Below the pieces are notes generated by a model. The model did no database searches. It worked only from the letters and a program-made list of their open reading frames with translations, and was not told the origin of the DNA. A stretch of 64,000 nucleotides of DNA from Chiloscyllium plagiosum (Eukaryota), in assembly GCF_004010195.1 (NCBI RefSeq), contig NC_057728.1, positions 11,655,712 through 11,719,711 on the forward strand, written 5' to 3'. The position numbers and the translations under genes were made by a program. Positions 13,201 through 27,199 of the stretch are shown piece by piece (position 1 is the first letter of the stretch; every line of letters begins with the position of its first letter).

Positions 13201-14629
13201 ATTCTGTTTTAACAGAAACTACAAAAAGATCATGTATTAAAATGAGCAAAAGGTTCATATTTGTTTACCAGCAACATTTCTGATGTAACGTGAATTCTTG
13301 CTGTCTCAGTAGATAATGTGTTTTCAGTACCTTCTCTTTTTATTATAATTCTCACCCCAAGGTTTCTCAGAGAAGCTATATTGCCACACACCTGGAGCCT
13401 TTGACAGCTAACGTTTCAAATATGGCATCCAATGACACGGAGTTAAAAACGAGAGAAGCTTCTCTGTCAGAGGAAGAAACTCCTGCTTCAAGTGGACTAC
13501 TAACAAACTGTCTTTGAATGTAGTCACAGGATTGTGCAGATTATTATAAATAAGCTGAAAAAGTATAAATTCAGCTAGTAAACAAATAATTTAGTAACCC
13601 ACATCCAAGAAGTTAAACCTTTAATAGTAGTTACCTGCACGTTTAGAAATGATGGTTAGAACACATGGAAATTAAATGGAATCCTCAGAGGAGGTAATTC
13701 ACCTGAATGCTCAATTCTGTGAATGGTACCTAATTTTGCAGTTACAAGCAGAAAGGTGAACTCTCAGAGCTGCTACCTGATAAATTCCAAGTCGTTTTAT
13801 TACATTAATGCTGCATCAGTGGTTTATTAGCTTGCATTCTCTCCAATCATACGTAAGTATATAGACTGTTCTCCAAATGACAAGCACCATAAAGAATAAA
13901 AATATTTAATCAAGACCTGTGAAACTAAGAAACTACTGTTTAATACCAATTCAAAAATTCTCAGCTAGCTTCATGCAGTGTTGTATATAGTAACTCAGAG
14001 AATAGTATTAATTGCTTAGGTCTTCATTGTTTATACTATTGCTTCATTTTCTATCAGTTCTACTTCTTCCCATAATTCTAATTTAATTGTCTTTTCTCAC
14101 TGCCCTTCTCTGTTTCTTTCTGTATTTTATTTTGATTCTTTCAGATGTAAAATCTTAAGGTGTTATGACATGTTGGGAAAAGGAGCCAACAGGAGAAGCA
14201 GGCTGTTTTGAGTTGGGGGGTTATATGGAAACTGCAGCATTCTTCTAAATCCTTTCCATCAGCACTCATGCTCTTCCACCTCCCTGCCTCACCACATTAT
14301 CCTTCCCTTTCCTTTGCTCCTCTGAGAACTGTTCATCAGCTCTAGGTTAGCTTCATATTTTTACTATGGTAGCTTATCCACAGCATTTGGTCTAGCTATG
14401 CCTAGACTACAAAGGACAAATTCCAGTTGGAGTTAATGCTCTAATTATTGTATAGTTGCTGTTAGAAAATGTGTATTTTGACCAAGAATGGAATCAAGTC
14501 AGCTTTGACGATCTAAAGCGCTGATAAAGTCTGCTGATGTCTTTGTACCATTCATGAAAAACAGGCCTTCCAATTAGGTGGTAAATTGGTTTACAATATA
14601 CAGAGTATTAGATACTACTTTGTTTGTAT

Positions 14630-14820
14630 TACTCACCCCGGGAAAAGACCTTGTCTATTTACCCTATCCAATTTTATAAACATTTCTCAGCTCCCATTGC
14701 TCCAGGGAAAGTATCCCCAGCCTGTTCAGCCTCTCCTTGTAGCTCAAACCCTCCATCCCTGGCAACATCCTTGTAAATGTTTTTTTGAACCCCTTCAAGT
14801 TTCATAACATCCTTTCCGTA
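14630..14820 (-). mobile_element. CR1 LINE fragment
   Basis: Similar to 1200-1390. Confidence 0.7.
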
Positions 14821-14970
14821 GTAGTGTTCATTGGATGACGAGGTGTATGCTTATACTTTATAACTCTTTAAATGAATATGAAATATCCTTCAGGAGCTAG
14901 CTTTCTAAAAGTGAGTTGCTCATAATATGTGTATCCTCGTCACAATCCATCACCATTATGAGAAAAGACA

Positions 14971-17900
14971 TTTTTTTAAAAAATGATATTTTTATTAAAA
15001 TATTTTTCAAATCTTTTACAAAACAGCTATATATAAAAAACAATACCAAAATACAAAAAGATAGAGGCAGTACAACAATGTCATATCACAATACTATTAA
15101 TAATAAACTACCTAGTATTCTACCAGAACAAACATATCTACATAACTTAAACTAAACTACAATCAAATTAAATAAAAATTAAATTAAGCTCAATTCAAAT
15201 TAGCTTAAATTATATCACATTACTTTATTCCATTTCACTCACCACACCTCCACTACCACCCATGGGAGTACCAGTCATTGTACCCGTATTTTTTTCCCCT
15301 CCAGCTTCCCCCTCCCAGGGCCCCACAGGTGCCCAAACTAATTTCCACAGCTATATCACAACCCTGATTAATATTGCCGATTAAGCTGTGTCAATATAAT
15401 TTGGAAAGGGCCGCCACGTCTTATAAAACTACTCCGTTTTGTGGTGCACCATATTTGTGAGGTAGTCTTGGGGGAGATACTCCATCACCAGCCTGCGCCA
15501 CCCCATTAGACCTGGGGGTTTTTCCAACATCCAATTCATTAAAATGTTCTTCCTTGCACAGTGGGTAAGAATGTTACACAGTCTCTTCTCGTGTTCCCCA
15601 GAGAAGGCAAATTTGGCAACCCCAGAAGAAATACTAGGTCCAATTCCCAGGATTGACTTCAATTCCCAGGATTTTTTTCAGCTCCCTTTCTATGGCACAC
15701 AAGTACCTCTGGATCTTACAACAAAGTGTGCCCATACTAATTTTATATTTGGGACACCCTGGAAACGCTCCTCTCTTGAACTTAGCTAGCCTCTCTGGCA
15801 CGATATGAGCCCTGTGTAAAATCTTCAATTGCATGGCCTGCACTTTGTTACATATTGAGATTTTCTTTACATTTTCCCATATTTACAATAAAATATCCTC
15901 TCCTACTTCCTGATTCCAAGTCCTACAGAGTCTCTCCACATCTCCTAAGGCACATCCCTTCTGTAAATGATACAGAGTATTAACTGAAAGAGCGCCCGTG
16001 CACCGGAGCACTCTTTTCTCCACGTCTGACTTGTAAAACTGAGCCAGGAGCATGGTCTTCCTTTGTATATAATCCTGATTCTGAAAGTACTGGAAAAGGT
16101 CCTATTAGACAATCCATATTTCTGACTTAACTGACTAAATGACATCATGACCTCCCCCTCGAATAAATCTCCCAAACGAGAGATTGCCTTATTCTCCAAT
16201 GCCTTAAAGCCAGAGTCCATTGCCCCAGGTTTAAATCCTTGGGCTCCCACCAACAGGGCAAACGATGAGGTCTTAAGCCAATTGCCCTCATCTTGCCTCA
16301 TTATCCTCCAAGCTTTCACCGTATTCCAGTAATTATGTATAGTTAGCTTTATACAGCTAGTGGAAGGAAGGGGTAATAAAAATTCCCAAATATAAAAAAC
16401 TTTTTGACGACCATCTAAACGGGAACTGCATTCCATCCTTCAGATCAGGCACCTTCACTAATCCCCCAACTGGCACAGCTTCCGATTTTGAGAGGTTGAT
16501 CCTGGAACCCGAAAAACTGCCAAATAAATTAATTTTTTGAATCAATCAAGGAACAGACTCCTCCGGACTGGCCAAGAACAAAAGGAAGTCATCAGCATTT
16601 AGAGTGATCTTATGCTCCCCCATTCCCACTCCTAGCCCCACTATTTCAGGAACCCTCCTGATAGCCTTGGCTAATGGCTCAATTGCCAAGGTAAATAACA
16701 GCGGTGAAAGAGGACCCCCCTGTTGACTACCTCTCCCAATACTAAAGTTATCTGAAGTACAGTTTGTAATGACTGTCACCTTAGGATCATTATACAACAC
16801 CGCCAACCACCTAGCCAAGGCTCCCCCAGACCGAAGCGCTATAGGACCCCAAATAGGTATGGCCATGCTATCCAATCAAACGACTTTTCCGCATCTAGGG
16901 AGACCACCAAACCCGGGATCAATCTTTGTTGGTATACCTGTACTATGTTCGTACCCTCCTGATGGAAGAGCTATGGCCCTTGTTAAAATCAGCCTGATCG
17001 TCTTTTACAATATAGGGCAGGACCTTTTCCAACCTCAGGGCCAGCACCTTTGACAGAATGTTAAGGTCTGCATTCAACAACTAAATTGTATGAAGCACGT
17101 TCTTCGGGGTTTTCCCTTCTTTAAAATGAGGGAGATATTAACCTCCCAAAGAGAAGACTGAAGACAGTCCTGTGTATGTGAATAGCTATACATCCCCCAA
17201 AGTGGCTCCACCAACACCATTAATGAATTTCTGATAAAACTCACTTGAGAATCCATCTGGCCCCAGTGCTTTGCGACCCTGGAGATTCTTGTACTGTCAT
17301 AGCGTATTTAACAGGGAGACCTGTTCCGTGTTTATACTGGGGAGGTCCAGGTTCTCAAAAAAGGACTGCATTCTCATTGCACTGCCTTCGCCGCCCTCCG
17401 ACTGGTATAACTCTGCAAAGAATTCCCTAAATTGTTTTGCAAAGAAGGCTTCTTTTTCTTTTCCACCTGTGTGTGCAATGAGTCAAGAGCAGCCTGGAGA
17501 GTCGTGACCCGTTGCAGTTTGACCAATGAAGGCCTATTATAATATGCTTCCTCAGCTACCTTCAGCCGGGTTTCCAGCATCCGTTGCTGCTCCTCCCACT
17601 GCCTCCTTCTCGTCATTGAGTACGAAATGATCAAGCCTCATAAACATGCGTAGTGGCCTCCCAAAGTACTGCCGGATTACTGGCCATACGTGAGTTGATA
17701 CCCCAGAAGGCCCTGAACTCTCTTGTAACGTACTCAACAAATTTGTTATACCTTACCAGGAATGGGTCCATGTGCCAGTGCCTTGCATCTATTCCACCAC
17801 CCTTGATTTTAACATCTAAATGTTATCATATATATACTATCATATGGTCTAAGATAGTTATATTCCCAATTTTATAAGCCAATATTCTGTCCAAACAAAC

Positions 17901-19775
17901 AGACGGCAGAAGGAAAATGTCAATTCACATATGGCTCTTGTGTGGGTTGGAATAAAAAGTAAAGTCTCTTCCATTAGGGCAGAGATGCCTCCATACATCC
18001 ACTAATCCCAACTCCTCACAAATGTCTACCAACTGCTTAGATTGCACGAGCATACCTGCTTGGTCCCTTGGCATCCAGTCTACCCTGGGATCCATTAAAA
18101 TCTGCTCCTATGATCATGCGACGCACCCCAAGATTCATTAATTTAGCGACTGCATCAATTAGAAATTTAAGAGGGTGCGCCGGGGGACAATAAACATTCA
18201 GGATGCCATACCCTTCTCCATGTATTAGAACTTTAAGAATGATGAACCGTCCATGTTCATCCTTAATTTCCTCAGTTACCTGGAATGGAAGGTTCTTTCT
18301 TACGAGTATAGCCACTCCTCTACTCTTAGAGCTAAAGGAGGAGAACAATACTCTGTCATCAACCCCCTGCTGCAGCTTCAGATGTTCCTTGTCAGTTAAT
18401 GCGCCTCCTGCAACAGGGCAATGTCCACCCTTTCCTTCCTAAGGCTTGATAGCACCTTCTTTCTTTTAATAGGGGAATTGCTCCCATTTACATTCCAGGT
18501 GCACCACCTGAACAAATCACTAGCCATGGTCGTCCAGGGCAACCAGTGTTTCCCCAGGAGGAGGAAGCTTATCTGAGGTGCGGCGAGTGAAAAAGACATT
18601 AACTCTATAAGGTCTAAAAACTACTACAACTAAAAAAACTAACAATTGCATTTAACTTAAACAAACACCCGAAGTGATTAATAAATCAGGTTTTACACAA
18701 CAGCAGTATGAAATCTTTAAAACTGATAACCACAAAAAAGGGAAAGAGGAGAAAAAAAAAGGGGCCGACTAAGTTAAGAAGAACTGTACCATTGTCCGTA
18801 ACGGTGCCCCTTCCCACCCCACTCCCAACCAGAGTCCTTTATTTCAAAGAGTTCATTAAGTCCTTTTCCTTTTCTACTGAATCAAAATTATATATTGCCC
18901 CTCTGTGAGCGAAATGCAACACCACCGGGTACCTCAAAGAATACTGAATGTTCAGATTCCTTACTTTTCTCTTAACTTCATCAAATGCCATTCTCTTCTT
19001 AATTATGGCTTAATTGAGCCTTTGTATGTTAAAGCCTATGGATCTCTTCCCACTCTTCTTGCTGTTTCAATCACTAACTGTTTTTCTTTATAAAGCTGGA
19101 GTCGCACTGCAATCCGATGGCCTGCTCCACGTTCACCATGCCGAACTCCAACTTCAGCTGCAGGAACCTCAGGAGCCACTTCTCCAGGAAACCAACGAGA
19201 TCCTTGCCTTCCTCACACTCTAGGAGACCCACGAGCTGTAAATTTTTCTTCTACTTTTGTTTTCCAGGCCATCTACTTGTTCCTGAAGGACCTAAACCTG
19301 GTCTTCCAGTGTTCGGATCTTTCCTCCTGAGACCTCCGGTCCTCTCCTCCACTATTTCTACTCCGGTTCAGTGTTTGAATCTCCTGTTCATGCTTTTTCA
19401 GCATGGTAGATATTGGCTCCATTGCTGCTTCAATCTTTTCTCTGTATTTGGCAAACTGTGAGACTAAATGCTGCTGCTCCTTTAAATCCAAAGGGGCTGC
19501 CCCGGGAGTTTGTGCAATGGCTGTGGGCACCCCTGACACAGTAGGGAGTGCCCTGCTTGACGTACTTCTTTCGCTCCTTTTCCTTCATTCGCCTTCATCC
19601 TGATCTTACAGCCATCAAACCACAATTTTAGCAGGTCCAAATGTTCAGTAACTTTATATTATCAATTTTTCTCCTGGGGTGGTTAACGTGGAGGGGTAAA
19701 GTCCCACCTTTCCAGAGGGTATGGCACAGAACCCAGCATAGCAGACACTCAGATGGCTGCCATCTTGGATCTCCC
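14971..19775 (-). mobile_element. Full-length but decayed L1-clade LINE (about 4.8 kb)
   Basis: 5' end GGGAGATCCAAGATGGC; ORF1 remnants about 19600-18830; APE endonuclease WNVNG...LQEAH; RT GSQQGGPLSPLLF and NADD; 3' AATAAA plus A-tail; degenerate TSD agaaaagacatt / agaaaggtacatt. Confidence 0.9.
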
Positions 19776-19989
19776 AGAAAGGTACATTTGATTATTCATA
19801 GCCTGTGATCGCCTAGTACATGGATACTCGCCCCTTTACAGTTTTACAGTCAATTAATAGGACTACTGGCAAAACATTTTCCTTCTCTTTGCTCTCTGCA
19901 TGGCCGAGCAATGACAGTAAAAACTTTTATTGTGGTTGTTGTACTGATTTTGGGAGAGAGTGAAATTGTTGGGAGCTATTTCTGCATAA

Positions 19990-20280
19990 TAGAAAATAAG
20001 ATTCTTAAGTGTAGTTACTGTTAAAATCTAGGCAATTTCAACATTGCAAGCACCCACAAACATCAATGTGATAAAGACCACATAGCTATTTTTAGTATTT
20101 TGATAGTTAAACAATTGAAATATAGTAATACCATGGGATTTGTTTCTACAAATCTCATTCAAGAGGTGCAGCACTCCTTCAATACTGCACTAATATGTCA
20201 GCCTTAATTTTGACCTGGAGTTCTGAGGGTGGAACTTGAATCCATGGATCTTGAGTTGTGCATGGCTTCTCTACTGAAGC
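19990..20280 (-). mobile_element. Deu-domain SINE (SacSINE1-like), decayed
   Basis: Reverse-strand similarity to 39440-39785, plus B box ggattcaagttcc. Confidence 0.55.
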
Positions 20281-20588
20281 ATACGTGACATATTGTTGGG
20301 TATTGGACATACTGGTCTATTTGGAACGTAACATTGGAGTATTCAGCTCTGGTTACTGTTCTCAATCATGGCTGATCATTTACTTAAACATAATTTTCCT
20401 TCAGTATATGATGGGATACCATTAGTATCTAGAAACCTATCAATCTGCCTTGAACATACTGAGCTTCCATAACCCTCTGGGGCAGAGAATTCTGAAGTTT
20501 CAATACTCTATGAATGAAGAAATATGGGACAAACCTTGGGACTGAGTTGAAGAAGAAATTCTTTTCATCCCCAGTGAGGTGCCAGAAG

Positions 20589-22156
20589 ACCAGTCACAGG
20601 CCTCCAGTCTGAAAAACAACCTTCCATCACCACCCTCTGTCTTTTACCTTTGAGCCAGTTCTGTATCCAAATGGCTAGTTCGCCCTGTATTCCATGAGAT
20701 ATAACCTTGCTCACCAGTCTCCCATGGGGAACCTCATCAAACGCCTTACTGAAGTCCATATAGATCACATCTGCCCTAATCAATGCTCTTTGTTACTTCT
20801 TCAAAAAACTCAGTCAAGTTTGAGAGACATGATTTGCCACACAAAGCCATGTTGACAATCCCTGATCAGTCCTTGCCTTTCCAAATATATGTACATCCTG
20901 TCCCTCAGGATTCCCTCCACAGTAAATACTGATGCAAAATACTCGTTTCATACCTGCCCCATCTCCTGCAGCTCCACACAAAGGCCGCCATGTTGATCTT
21001 TGAGGGGCCCTATTCACTCCTGGTTACCCTTTTGTCCTTAAAGTATTTGTAAAAACCCTCTGAATTCTCCTTAACTCTATTTGCCAAAGCTATCTCATGT
21101 CCCCTTTTTGCCCTCCTGATTAACCTCTCAAGTACATTCCTACTGCCTTTACACTCTAAGGGTTCACTTAATCTATCCTGTCTATACCTGACACATGCTT
21201 CCTTCTTTTTCTTAACTAAACCCTCAATTTCTCTGGGCATCCAGCAGATGTCACACTGCACCTACCAGTCTTTCCTTTCACCCTGACAGGAATATACTGC
21301 CTCTGGACTCGTGTTACCTCATTTCTGAAGTCTTCCCATTTTCCAGTCGTCCCTTTACCTGTGAACATCTGCCCCCAATCAGCTTTTGAAAGTTCTTGCC
21401 TAATACCGTCAAAATTAGCCTTCCTCCAATTTAGAACTTCCAACTTTTAGAGCTGGTCTACTTTTTTCCATCACTATTTTAAAACTAATAGAATTATGGT
21501 CACTTGCCCCAAAGTGCTCCCCCACTGACACCTCAGTCACCTGACTTGCCTAATTTCCTAAGAGTAGGTAAACCTTTGCACTTTCTGTAATAGGTACATC
21601 CACATACTGAATCAGAAAGTTTTCTTGTGCGCACTTAAATTCCTCTGCATCTAAACCATTAACAATATGGCAGTCCCAGTCTACGTTTGGAAAGTTAAAA
21701 TCCCCTACCATAACCACCCTATTATTTTTACAGATAACTGAGATCTCCATACAAATTTGTTTCTCAATTTCCCGCTGACTATTATGGGGTCTAGAATACA
21801 ATCCCAATAAGGTGATCAACCTTTACTTATTTCTCTGGTCAACCCAAATAACTTCCCTGGATGTATTCCCAGGAATATCCTCCCTCAGTACAGCTGTAAT
21901 GCTATCCCTTATCAAAATGCCACTCCCCCCATCTCTCTTGCCTCCCTTTCTCTCCTTCCTGTAGCATTTGTAACTTGAAACATTAAGCTGCCAGTCCTAT
22001 CCATCCCTGAGCCATGTTTCTGTAATTGCTATGATATCCCAGTCCCATGTTCCGAACCATGCCCTGAGTTCATCTGCCTTCCCTGTTAGGCCTCTTGCAT
22101 TGAAATAAATGCAGTTTAATTTATCAGTCCTACCTTGTTCTCTGCTTTGACCCTGC
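20589..22156 (-). mobile_element. CR1/HER1 ORF2 fragment, endonuclease to RT, with internal deletion
   Basis: VVMVGDFNFPNVDW, LNWRKANFD and DVIYMDFSKAFDEVPH. Confidence 0.9.
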
Positions 22157-22299
22157 CTTCTGGCACCTCACTGGAGATAACAAAAATAGAGGTTACTGGA
22201 AAGTAAAGCTCAGCAGACCTGGCAGCATTTGTGAACAGAAATCAGATTTAACGTTCCAGGTCCGGTGACTCTTTAGCCTATTCCCGCCACCCCCCCACA

Positions 22300-23012
22300 C
22301 CGTGCTATAGCTCAAACCATTCAACTCTGTCTTGTAAATCTTTTCTGAACCCTTTCAAGTTTCACAACATCCTTCTCATAGCAAGGAGACCAAAATTGCA
22401 CAGTATTCCAAAAGTGGCCTAACCAATGTCCTATACAGCCGCAACATGACCTCCCAACCTCTGTACTCAATACTCTGACCAATAAAGGCAAGCATGCCAA
22501 ATGCCTTCTTCATTATTCTATCTACCTGTGACTCCACTTTCAAGTAACTATGAATCTGCACTCCAAGATCTCTTTGTTCAGCAGCACTCTCCAGGACCTT
22601 ATCATTAGGTCTACAAGTCCTGGCCTGGTTTATCTTTCCAAAATGCAGCATCTTACATTTATCTAAATTAAACTCCATCTGCCACTCCTCGACCCACTGA
22701 CCTATCTGATCAAGATTTCTTAGTACTCTGAGGTAATCTACTTTGCTGTCTACTACACCTCCAATTTTGGTGTCTTCTGCAAACTTACTAACCATACTAC
22801 CAATTGTCACATCCAAATCATTTATTTAAATGACGAAATGCAGAGGCCCTAGCACCAATCCTTGTGGCACACTGCTGGTCACACACCTCCAGTCTGACAA
22901 GCAAACTTCAAATACCACTCTCTGCCTCCTACCTTCAAGCCGGTTCGGTATCCAAACGGCTACTTCTCCCTGTATTCCATGTGATCTAACCTTGCTAACC
23001 AGTCTCCCATGA
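22300..23012 (-). mobile_element. CR1/HER1 RT fragment
   Basis: SKFAEDTKIGG...WQMEFNLDKC...LVRPLLEYC. Confidence 0.9.
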
Positions 23013-24059
23013 GGAAAGAGATTTATTCCTTTCTCCCATCTTATTCCCTCAGCCCCATAAGTGTTAGAAATCAGACTATCTCACGTCAGAAATATAAATT
23101 TCAGATGTGGTTGCTCCCGGTATATTGTATATTGGGAGTTTTTAATTATATGTAAATTCTTAAGTTACCTCTGAATAGACACCACTGAAAAATGTGTTTG
23201 TTGCACGAGGTGGCGTATGCTTGTACCTTATCATACTTTAAATGAATATAAAATATTCTCTAGCAGCTTTCAAAACGTGGCTGGCTCAGGAAGCCTAAAT
23301 GGAAAGGAATATCATGTATCATTGAACACAAAATAGGCCCACGACTCGTGGCATACATAGGTTAGTCCCAGCCCAGAACGGAGTTCCACACACCCATCTT
23401 TGGAGAGGGGGCGTTTTTTATATATCCAGAAATGCTCTTACACACAACTCTCCTCATCACCAAATCACCACGGTTTTTCTTTCATTTATTAACCACCACC
23501 AGTAAATCATCCATGTTTCCGATTGAATAATTTACATGCAAAGCTATCAAAAGGTGAGAAAGAGGCAGGAAGAATGGGAAGGCGTGAAATCAAAATGCAG
23601 TTGGATGCGAAGATAAAGCACCATGGTACCCACCTCTCTCTGAAGGCATTAGGAGTAGTGATGGACATGCGGGCTCCCTCTAAGGACATCCAGCTATGAG
23701 CGTCCTCTGATGGAAAATGGGAGGACTCCAGCATAGAGTTCTCCACTGCTGATCCTCAGTACCCAGTGGTAAATAAGGTTCATAAAAGGTTCAGGTGATG
23801 CGCTGCTGCTGGGCAGGCCATTGCCTGTTACCAAGCCCATTCTCAATGAGCTGCACAGGGAGGTTAGTGATACGCTATGGACCTTGTAAGGGTATTCACA
23901 TCCCTCCCTGTCAGAGTCTGAGGGCTCTCTTTTGTTCCTGCGACAACAGGGCCTCCTGAGTCATTTTGTCCATGGCCTCATGCCTGTTGCTTTTGCAACA
24001 AAGTGAACGTCTTTATGAGTTCTCGCAATCCTTAGGACTGACTCTCAAGCTTTTCGTGG

Positions 24060-25400
24060 GCGCGTTTCCCCTCTGCAAGTTGGTGAGAGTGGCATACCCA
24101 TCAAAATAATCGCCTATATTGAGAGTTCCCACCAACAGAGCTGGTCAACTTTTTTTTCTGGAGTCTTCCCCCCAGTTTTGACCATGTACAATACCGGTCC
24201 CTTTTTCCTTTTAAGGATAACTCCTGGAATCCTTGGACAGCTGACACTGAAGGGTCCACATAAGGGTCCATCTCTTTCTACTGATTTTTGAGTCTTAGTA
24301 AAGACTTCAACTCTGTTGTGTTCCTTGGAGTTGAAGCCACTTTCTGTGGCCGCACCTTCTCTTCAACAAAGTAGAATCTGTCCTTGTTGACTCTGTACCC
24401 AAAGGTACTGTACCTCACTTACACACTTTTCCCATTTAAGCTGGATGCCAGCCTCAGAACAATGCTGCAAGACCTCTTCCAATCTCACCACATGTTCTTT
24501 TGCAGTAGCCCCTAAGTTTAAAATATCATCCAGATAGACTGCCACTCTGGGTATCCCTTGGAGGATGTTCTCCATTACCCTTTAAAAGATGGAACAAGCC
24601 AAAGGCACTCCAAAGAGTGAGTGTACTCAAGCAGTCGTTTGAGTATTTATAGTAACAGACTTCCTGGATGATTGCTCAGGCTCCAACTGGAGCTACAGGA
24701 GACTTATATCCAATTTATAAAATATGGGAATCCCAGACACCTTTTCATACAAGTTTTCTACAAGTGCATTAGATAACTGACTAAGCAGGAAGTTCTGAAT
24801 GTCAACTTATAACCCCCACAGAGGCAATCCAAGTTGTCAGGTTTTACAACTGGGAGTACTAGCACAGTCCATTCGGCAAATTGTGCTGGGTGAATGATGC
24901 CCCGTTCCTCTAGGTATTCCAACTTGGCATCTACGCTGTTGCACAGGGTATAGTGGATCAGTCGTGCCTTGAATTACTTAGGTCACACCTCTGGTTACAC
25001 CTAGATCTTGGCCCTACCCAGCTATTGGCCCTGCCACCATTTTATCTTCCCGAGGCCCTCTTGAAACACTTCAGGATACTTCCCAATGACTACATAAAGA
25101 CGACTAGTTAGCATTTTAAAAATTTGCCCCCAATCCAAGGGGATTTACTGTAGCCAGTGCCTTCTCAAAAGTTGGGACTTGGTCCTTGCACCACAATTAA
25201 GGGGTATCGGACTATCCGTTGCCTGCATATAACTGGGATTGTACTGGTCCAAATAATACGCAAGGGCTCCCCAATACATGTGGTCAATCTAGTCTTGATG
25301 TCTTGCAGTCTTCAAGGCAAGATGCCCAGTTGGAGTTTCCTGAAGATTTGCTCTCCACCAATAGATACAGTGGAACCACATCAAGGGGTTGGCCATTTAC
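24060..25400 (-). mobile_element. Gypsy/Ty3 LTR-retrotransposon pol remnant
   Basis: RT MENILQGIPRVAVYLDDIL...LKWEKC; decayed protease-like segment near 25360-25385. Boundaries approximate. Confidence 0.8.
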
Positions 25401-25429
25401 CTAATTTTTTTTGTCTTAATTGGGACACT

Positions 25430-26135
25430 TTGGGAGTAGCGAAGTTAGTTAAGAGATTAATTTCTCATAAATCAAAAGAAAAAGCATTCAATGTGGTGAA
25501 GATTAGTGGGAAGCATTTAAAAATCAACATAGGACAACTTAAAAACAATAACAGGGAGAAGATGGAACATGAGGGCATGCTAGCTAGTAACATAAAGACA
25601 AGAATTTTTCTTAGCTATCTAAAAGGTAAGAGAGAGAGAAAAGTGAACATTGGAGCACTGGAAAGTGAGGCTGGAGAAGAAATGGAGAACAAAGAAATGG
25701 CAGAGGAATTGAATAGATACTTTGCAACAGTCTATATGCTAGAAGCCACTTGTAGCATACCAGAGCATCAACTATGTCTGTAGTGGGCACCACGAGAGGG
25801 AAAGTTCCAGGGAAGCTCTCCGGACCAGAGAGTCTACACCCTAGGGTTCTGAAGGAGAGAGCTGAGGAGATTGAAGAGACGTTGGAGGTGAACTTTCAGG
25901 AAGCAGTGGGATCAGGGATGATCCCAGATGACTGGAAAATGACAAACTTAACACTTTTTTAAGAAGGGAGGTTAAGCAGAAGATGGGAAATTGTCGGCTG
26001 GCTAGCCTGACCTAAGTCATTGTTAAGAGTTGAGTCCATTATTAAGGATGAGATTGCAGAGTACTCAGTATTGTGTGGTAAAACAGGGCCAAGTTAGCAT
26101 GGCTTCATTGAGGGGTGATCCTGCCTGACAAATTT
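25430..26135 (+). mobile_element. CR1 LINE ORF2 fragment
   Basis: EMAEELNRYFATV, GPESLHPRVLKE and IPDDWK. Confidence 0.8.
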
Positions 26136-27199
26136 GTGCAGCTGGGACTTGAACCTGGCCTCCTAATTCAGAGGTACGGACATTACAAGAACCCTTGTCT
26201 GGAGTCTGCTTTTTCTTTCCTTTCGTATATTTAACATGTTTTTCTAATCAACCTGGTCAGGAGATGCTGTTACACATCTTTAGAGCAGGTAGAACTTGAA
26301 TCTTGTCCTCCATCCAGGGATAGGGACACTATCACTGCACTGCAGGAGGGTCTTTTTTTTAAAAAAAAAGTATTATTCCATGGGTTTTGTACGGGTTCTC
26401 ACAATCCCGGTGTCCCTGATAAAGTTTCTTCATCTTGTATCTTCAGACTTAGATGCGAGAGGTAATGTCTCTAACCTCTTCTGTTCCAACAAAATAATCA
26501 CACTTTGAAATTACTTCCTTGGCTATAAAAATTATTGGGGGATGTTTCGTAGTTGTTAATGGCACTATAATAAATAGCAAGGTCTTTTTTTTCTGGCAGA
26601 TTTGCTGGTGAAATGTTCCATTAAAAATGTAAAATAACCACATGCCTGCTACAAACAAGAATAATCGCATTCCCATTGCCTCATGAGGGAATTTTCACAT
26701 TCAAAGGGCAGGAATTTAGCTGCTATTAACAGAGAATGAATTATTTTGATGTTAGTCACATATTAAGAGGTGAACTGTACTCAATTTGAATATTCAGTCA
26801 TTGGCAGTAATTTATTCTAGTTAGGACAGGCTTTGCATAAGTACATTTTTGTCAAAGATGACAAGTTCTGAGTTCTCTGCGAAGGAATGATAAAGGCTAG
26901 AAAATCACTTATGAGTAGAATGGGTTTGATTTTAAAAAAATTGGTATAAAAATTAATCAGACCAATTCCCAGCTGCACAGTGCACATCTGAGATTGCCAA
27001 TTTTGCAAGCACTCCTGGAGGTTTCATATATGAGCTGTTATCTCTCTGCTGTGCATCAAATAATAACGAGTGTATATTCTCACCTGAGTCCGGGCATCCA
27101 TACAGAAATTCTACAAGTTTAATCAATTTTACCAATCAGTAAAACCCAAAATTATAATCCCTGAATAGTCCAGAACAATATGGTCCACCTGAGGCAATG

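Noticed and set aside
25157-25783. 208-aa plus-strand ORF
   Set aside because: Chance read-through from antisense Gypsy sequence into a CR1 fragment.
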